A stretch of 64,000 bases of DNA from Macrostomum hystrix (Eukaryota; Animalia; Platyhelminthes), in NCBI GenBank assembly GCA_950097015.1, contig CATNEN010000001.1:25916001-25980000 (forward strand), given 5' to 3'. The position numbers were made by a program, and so were the translations under genes. Positions 58,246-64,000 of this stretch are shown in pieces; position 1 is the first letter of the stretch; each line of letters starts with the position of its first letter. The notes under the pieces were generated by a model, which was not told the DNA's origin, did no database searches, and was given only the letters and a program-made list of their open reading frames with translations.

Positions 58246-58281
<36 letters not shown>

Positions 58282-58289
58282 GGACAGGC

Positions 58290-58385
<96 letters not shown>

Positions 58386-58600
58386 GGAGAGACAGGCAGG
58401 CAGGCAGGCGGACAGACAGGCAGACAGACAGACAGACAGCCAGACAGGCAGACGGACAGGCAGACAGACAGACAGACGGAGAGACAGGCAGGCAGGCAGG
58501 CGGACAGACAGACAGGCAGACAGACAGACAGACAGCCAGACAGGCAGACGGAGAGGCAGACAGACAGGCAGACAGGCAGACAGACAGACAGTGAGACAGG
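57933..58600. repeat. (AGAC)n microsatellite immediately after the SVOP-like stop codon
   Basis: Seen directly. Confidence 0.97.
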
Positions 58601-58603
58601 CAG

Positions 58604-61600
58604 TTAGTCAGTTTTGCTCTCCCCAAAGCCAGCACCTCTAGTTTCATCCACAGCATCAGCAGCATCAGCAGCAGCAGCACGCATGCGAATCTCGGCGGTG
58701 GCTGACTGTCCGTCAGGAGCCGCAGAGAAGCTGACTACATCGGGCGCCGGGTCCAGGCTGTGCGGCATGGCGCGGCCCTTGGTCTCGATGGGCAGCAGCA
58801 GGCACAGCCCGGCGCAGGCCAGGTCGACCAGCACGTAGATGACGAAGGCCAGCTTAACGCTCACATCTGGCATGATCACCTGGGCCACGAATGGCGTACT
58901 CATGGAGCCTAGGCGAGCCATGGACGAGCAGGTGCCCAACCCTAGGCTGCGAATCACCGTGGGGTACACCTAGAGATAAGTTGTTTTAGATTACAATTCT
59001 ATGCGAGACCATAGATCCCAGTCATCCCAGATCCCAATATTGAAAATGATCTTTAGTCATCCCAGATCCCAATATCGATGTTGATCCCTAGTCATCCCAT
59101 ATCCCAATAAAGAAAATGATCCCTAGTCATCCCAAATCCCAATATTGAAAACTATTCCTAGTCATCCCAGATCCCAATATTGAAAATGATCCCTAGTCAT
59201 CACAGATCCCAATATCGATATTGATCCGTAGTTATCCCAGATCCCAATTTTGAAAATGATCACTAGTCATCCCAGATCATAATATCGAAAATCAATTATC
59301 CCAGATCCCATTATCGGACGCCCTCTCCCGCTATCCCAAATCTCCACAAGATATCCCAGATAAAAAGTCGGAAATGCCTCAGTTAAAAGCAGACCCCAAT
59401 ATTTGAAATAATCCCAGAATAATCCGAATCGCCTCTACTCAGTCGCTCTCTCACCTCAGTGGTGTAGATGTAGATGGTGTTATAGATGCCGGCGGCATGG
59501 GCCCTGATCAAGAACAGCAGGGCGGTGGTGGCAGCCTTGGGCACGCACATGTAGGTCAGGCCGAAGAACAGGCCGGTGAGCAGGTAGTTGATGCACATTG
59601 TCCACCGTCTGCCCAGTGCGTCAATAGTCAGCATGTTGATGGGGATAATGACAAACTCGCCAAACGATGAGATTACCATGGCAGTGTAGTCATCCGACTC
59701 CAGTCCCCGGCAGCAGGAATTGTCCGTGACCACCTCGGTGGCATTGTTACCAACTGTGACAGACTGGGCCGAGCTGAAACAGTCCTGGTGGAAGCGGAAG
59801 ATCTCCGTGCTCACCAGCACGATGCCATAGTAGGAGAATGACACGCCGAACCACATGAAGAACAGAATCAGGCTGGTGAGACGGTAGGACGGGTGGAACA
59901 GCGACTTGAGGTGGCCTCGGTCCTCCTGGCATTCACATTTTGTGCTGGTTTGTACTCTCTTGAGCAAGACAAGTCTCTCCCCTCCGAATCTCACAATTCA
60001 CTCCATCGGAATCTCACATCTCTTTTTCTAAATCTCACCTCCTCTCCTCCTCTCACTATTAATCTCACAGCCTCTCACTATGAATCTGACCCCCTATCAC
60101 TCTGAATCTCACCACCTATCACTCTGAATCTCACCCCCTATCACTCTGAATCTCACCCCCTATCACTCTGAATCTCACCCTTTATCACTATGAATCTCAC
60201 CCCTTTCACTCTGAATCTCACCCCTTTCACTCTGAATCTCACCCCCTCTCACTCTGAAAATCACTTCTTTGAATCTGATTCTCAGCCTCTCTTTTTCCCA
60301 GTCTCCCATTCTCGCATTGTCTCACCTCGTTGACAATAACAATCTCCGGTCGACCTTTCATCTGCGGCTTGCCGTTCTCCCTAGCGATCTGGTTAATAAC
60401 GGCTACGGCTTTGTCTGTCTGGCCTGAGGCCAGCAGGTAGCGAGCGGATTCAGGCAGGTACTGAAATGGGAGAGTGTCAGTGGTTGTGTCAGCAAGGTGT
60501 GTCAGAAGGAAGGTGCGTCAGTAGGAAGGTGTGTCAGTAGGAAGGTGTGTCAGTAGGAAGGTGTGTCAGTACGAAGGTGTGTCAGTAGGAAGGTGCGTCA
60601 GAAGGAAGGTGTGTCAGTAGCAAGGTGTGTCAGTAGGAAGGTGTGTCAGTAGCAAGGTGTGTCAGTACTCAGTAGGAAGGTGTGTCAGTAGGAAGGTGCG
60701 TCAGTAGGAAGGTTTGTCAGAAGGAAGGTGTGTCAGTACGAAGGTGTGTCAGTACGAAGGTGTGTCAGTACGAAGGTGTGTCAGTAGGAAGGTGTGTCAG
60801 TAGCAAGGGTGTCAGTAGGAAGGTGTGTCAGCAAGGTGTCAGCAAGCTCTCATGATAGCATGAAGATGAGTACACAAGAAGGCCATGTTTGAAGGCCACT
60901 CACCCCCAAGGACAGCATGAAGATGAACAGTGGCAACGCAGAGAATGCCACCAGGTATCTCCAGCCGAGAGTTGGCAGCACCAGGTAGGCGAGAACAATC
61001 TCAAACGTGGATCCAATGCCCCAGAACACATTGTACAGGATCAGCACCTTGGCGCGGTACTTCTGCGGCAGGTACTCGGACAGCAGGGTGAAGGAGGAGG
61101 CGGCGCCGCCGATGCTGAAGCCAACGAGGCAGCGCAGGGTGATGAGCCAGAAATAGTTGGGTGAGAATGAGCACAGCAGGCCGAAGTAGGCGATGAGGCT
61201 CAGGCTGAGGCTGACCACGCTCCAGCGGCCTCGCTTGTCCGAGATGGCGCCCCAGCTTGGAGCTCCGATCAGCATGCCGGCGAACACCACGGTGGTGATG
61301 AGGGCTACCTGAGTGGAGTTCAGGTGCCAGTCGCAGCGAAGCGCCGGGCCAAGCACTGACAGTAGCAGCATCTCCATCGCGTCAGCCGACTGGGCGGGTG
61401 GAGACGGTGGGTCGGGGGGTGATAAAATACTTTAGATTTCTTAGATTTTAGAGAGGACATAGCAGATATGGAAGGGGTATATGAGATATTTTAGAATATT
61501 TTAGATCTCAAGGGTAGATGGTCGCTTTTGGAAATGAGATTAGAGATTGGGCGGTGAGAGTGGAAACGGGAGATTTACGAGGGGAGATGGGAAGGTCAAT

Positions 61601-61820
61601 GGGAATCTGGGAAAATCCAAAAAAGTAGGATACTTAAGCCCACTCACCGACATAATGCCTGTGATGCAGAGGATTTTAATTTGAAACTTTCCAAATCCCA
61701 GCTGTTCAACAGCTTCCTCAACTGTGTACCGATCGGCGCTGGCGTTGCTGCTGTTAGCGCCGTTGGAAGCTTCGGTCGACTCGCCAGACGACCTGCCGGA
61801 GTTGAGAAGCTCTCGAGCGT
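58604..61820 (-). CDS. SVOP: SVOP/SVOPL-like MFS transporter; exons 61820-61648, 61389-60904, 60460-60326, 59925-59455, 58969-58604 (initiator exon unresolved)
   Basis: [77 protein letters not shown]; phase-consistent GT-AG junctions. Confidence 0.88.
59012..59320. repeat. 35-bp intronic minisatellite
   Basis: GTCATCCCAGATCCCAATAT recurs every 35 bp. Confidence 0.85.
60055..60260. repeat. About 21-bp intronic minisatellite (TCACTCTGAATCTCACCCC)
   Basis: Tandem array. Confidence 0.85.
60494..60845. repeat. 16-bp intronic minisatellite (AAGGTGTGTCAGTAGG)
   Basis: Tandem array. Confidence 0.9.
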
Positions 61821-62611
61821 CTGGAAGACGACGCGTACAGGAAATCAGAATTTTTGTTAAAATGTTTACTTTAAGACAGAAAAAAACAGAAAGCAAAAGA
61901 AACTAATGACACAAGTGGAACAGAAAACAACTGCTAGCAAAATTAGCTTGGATTTTGTACTGTACAGCTGTCCACAGTCCATGGACTGGTTAGGCCGCCG
62001 CTGACACCCAAATTTCTACCTATACGGTCCAGACTCCATTTGTGAACAAAAAGCAACAACACAGGCAACAGAAAATGCAGGTAAAAGTGCCTACTGGGAC
62101 AGTAATAATTAAATAGTTTAGGACAGCTTGAGCAGACAACCTCGCAAGGCAGAGTAGGTCTTTGCGTTGGAAGTTGCAGTTGTCAACGGTCGAAGAATTT
62201 CTGAAGAATGTCGCTGCATTTCTTAAGCCTCCGTGGGATTTCACTCTTTGGGGATCAGTGATTTGAAATGCGAAAGATAGGCAGAGACAGACCGCGAGTT
62301 TAAGTCTGCTTTTTTAACGGCAAAGAAAATAGAGAAAGAGAAGGATTGTGCATTTGAAGTGGTTGAGACGCAACTCACAGAAAAAGGTGGGCTGAAATCA
62401 AGAGCCTAAATCAATCCGTGTGGGATACGGATTGGAGCCAATCTCTGCTGACCGATCGATACTGGAGGCCACTGGAGGCCAAAGCTTTTACAAAGCAATA
62501 AAGCAACCCCCGGATTGCTTGAAACAACATTAGAGGATTTTCTGTTACTAGTGTGAATTAAATATGAACAGACACTTTATGCCCGTTTTAGTCTAAAAAT
62601 TTATGATGTTT

Positions 62612-62795
62612 GAGTCATTCGTGTGCTCATTGAGATTGGAGTCATTCGTGTGCTCATTGAGATTCCGAGTCATTCGTGTGCTCATTGAGATTTTGAGTCA
62701 TTCGTGTGTTCATTAAGATTCCGAGTCATTCGTGTGCTCATTGAGATTCCGAGTCATTCGTGTGCTCATTGAGATTGGAGTCATTGGTGTGCACA
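62612..62795. repeat. 27-bp minisatellite (GAGTCATTCGTGTGCTCATTGAGATT)
   Basis: About 7 units. Confidence 0.9.
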
Positions 62796-63099
62796 TTAAG
62801 ATTTTAAGTCACTCAATAAAAATAAAAAACTAACAACAAAAACTGTCAAACTACAACAAGAGAAAAAATGATAAAATATTGCGCATTGTGGGGCACAAAC
62901 TTCTCTTCCGAGCTTGCTCATAAGCAGCAGCAGCAGCGCCGGCTGGTTCAATGGCAGCAGACGTTTGTGCAGTCGCTCTCGACACTCCGATCTGGCTAAG
63001 ATCGCCTGCAGGAACAAGGGCACAATGCGGCGAAAAACTACTTTCGGGGCAATTTCAAAAAGATTTCAGTTACCCATCGGAACGAAAACTAGACGGATG

Positions 63100-64000
63100 G
63101 GGTGAGAAACCAGCTGAAGATTGGAGGAAGGAGGTGAGAAACCAGCTGAAGATTGGAGGAAGGAGGTGAGAAACCAGCTGAAGATTGGAGGAAGGAGGTG
63201 AGAAACCAGCTGAAGATTGGAGGAAGGAGGTGAGAAACCAGCTGAAGATTGGAGGAAGGAGATTAGAACACACCTGAAGATTGGAGGAAGGAGGTTAGAA
63301 CTCACCTGAAGATTGGAGGAAGGAGGTTAGAACTCACCTGAAGATTGGAGGAAGGAGGTTAGAACACACCTGAAGATCGGAGGAAGGAGGTTAGAACTCA
63401 CCTGAAGATTGGAGGAAGGAGGTTAGAACTCACCTGAAGATTGGAGGAAGGAGGTGAGAACCCACCTGAAGATTGGAGGAAGGAGGTTAGAACACACCTG
63501 AAGATCGGAGGAAGGAGGTTAGAACACACCTGAAGATCGGAGGAAGGAGGTTAGAACCCACCTGAAAATTGGAGGAAGGAGGTAAGAACCCACCTGAAGA
63601 TCGGAGGAAGGAGGTTAGAACTCACCTGAAGATTGGAGGAAGGAGGTTAGAACTCACCTGAAGATTGGAGGAAGGAGGTTAGAACCCACCTGAAGATTGG
63701 AGGAAGGAGGTTAGAACTCACCTGAAGATTGGAGGAAGGAGGTTAGAACCCACCTGAAGATTGGAGGAAGGAGGTGAGAACCCACCTGAAGATTGGAGGA
63801 AGGAGGTTAGAACCCACCTGAAGATTGGAGGAAGGAGGTGAGAACCCACCTGAAGATTGGAGGAAGGAGGTGAGAACCTGCCTGAAGATTGGAGGAAGGA
63901 GGTTAGAACTCACCTGAAGATTGGAGGAAGGAGGTTAGAACACACCTGAAGATTGGAGGAAGGAGGTGAGAACTCACCTGAAGATTGTAGGAAGGAGGTG
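63100..64000. repeat. 32-bp minisatellite (GAAGATTGGAGGAAGGAGGTTAGAACTCACCT), running off the window
   Basis: Tandem array. Confidence 0.95.

Noticed and set aside
63072-63077. ATGG|GT micro-exon as the SVOP-like start
   Set aside because: The phase fits, but it abuts a satellite and alternatives exist; it cannot be supported without cDNA.

Overview
Eukaryotic (animal) genomic DNA: spliced genes with GT-AG introns among very dense 12-35 bp minisatellites. This is reminiscent of a free-living flatworm such as Macrostomum, but the organism is inferred, not proven. From left to right: the 3' exons of a divergent SLC1 (EAAT/ASCT-family) transporter; a cluster of six two-exon paralogues encoding secreted WSC + PAN/Apple-like proteins (five intact, one pseudogene, plus a 22-nt relic) over 7.9-32.6 kb; inside that cluster, a Crypton-like locus with two convergent DUF3504-type tyrosine recombinase genes and a network of inverted repeats; an intact GC-rich Ingi-like LINE (2A-like peptide, PHD, APE, RT, RNase H) with a perfect TSD; a two-exon syntaxin whose exon 1 and promoter are bracketed by an inverted duplicate of its own intron satellite and splice acceptor; an intronless LRR gene; a 13-exon Inactive/OSM-9-type TRPV channel; and an SVOP-like MFS transporter. 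MITEs, SINEs and satellites are interspersed. Most long ORFs in the supplied track are satellite or GC-rich shadow artefacts. The strongest candidates for something new are the two-recombinase locus, the mosaic WSC-PAN gene cluster and the potentially invertible syntaxin exon-1 cassette.
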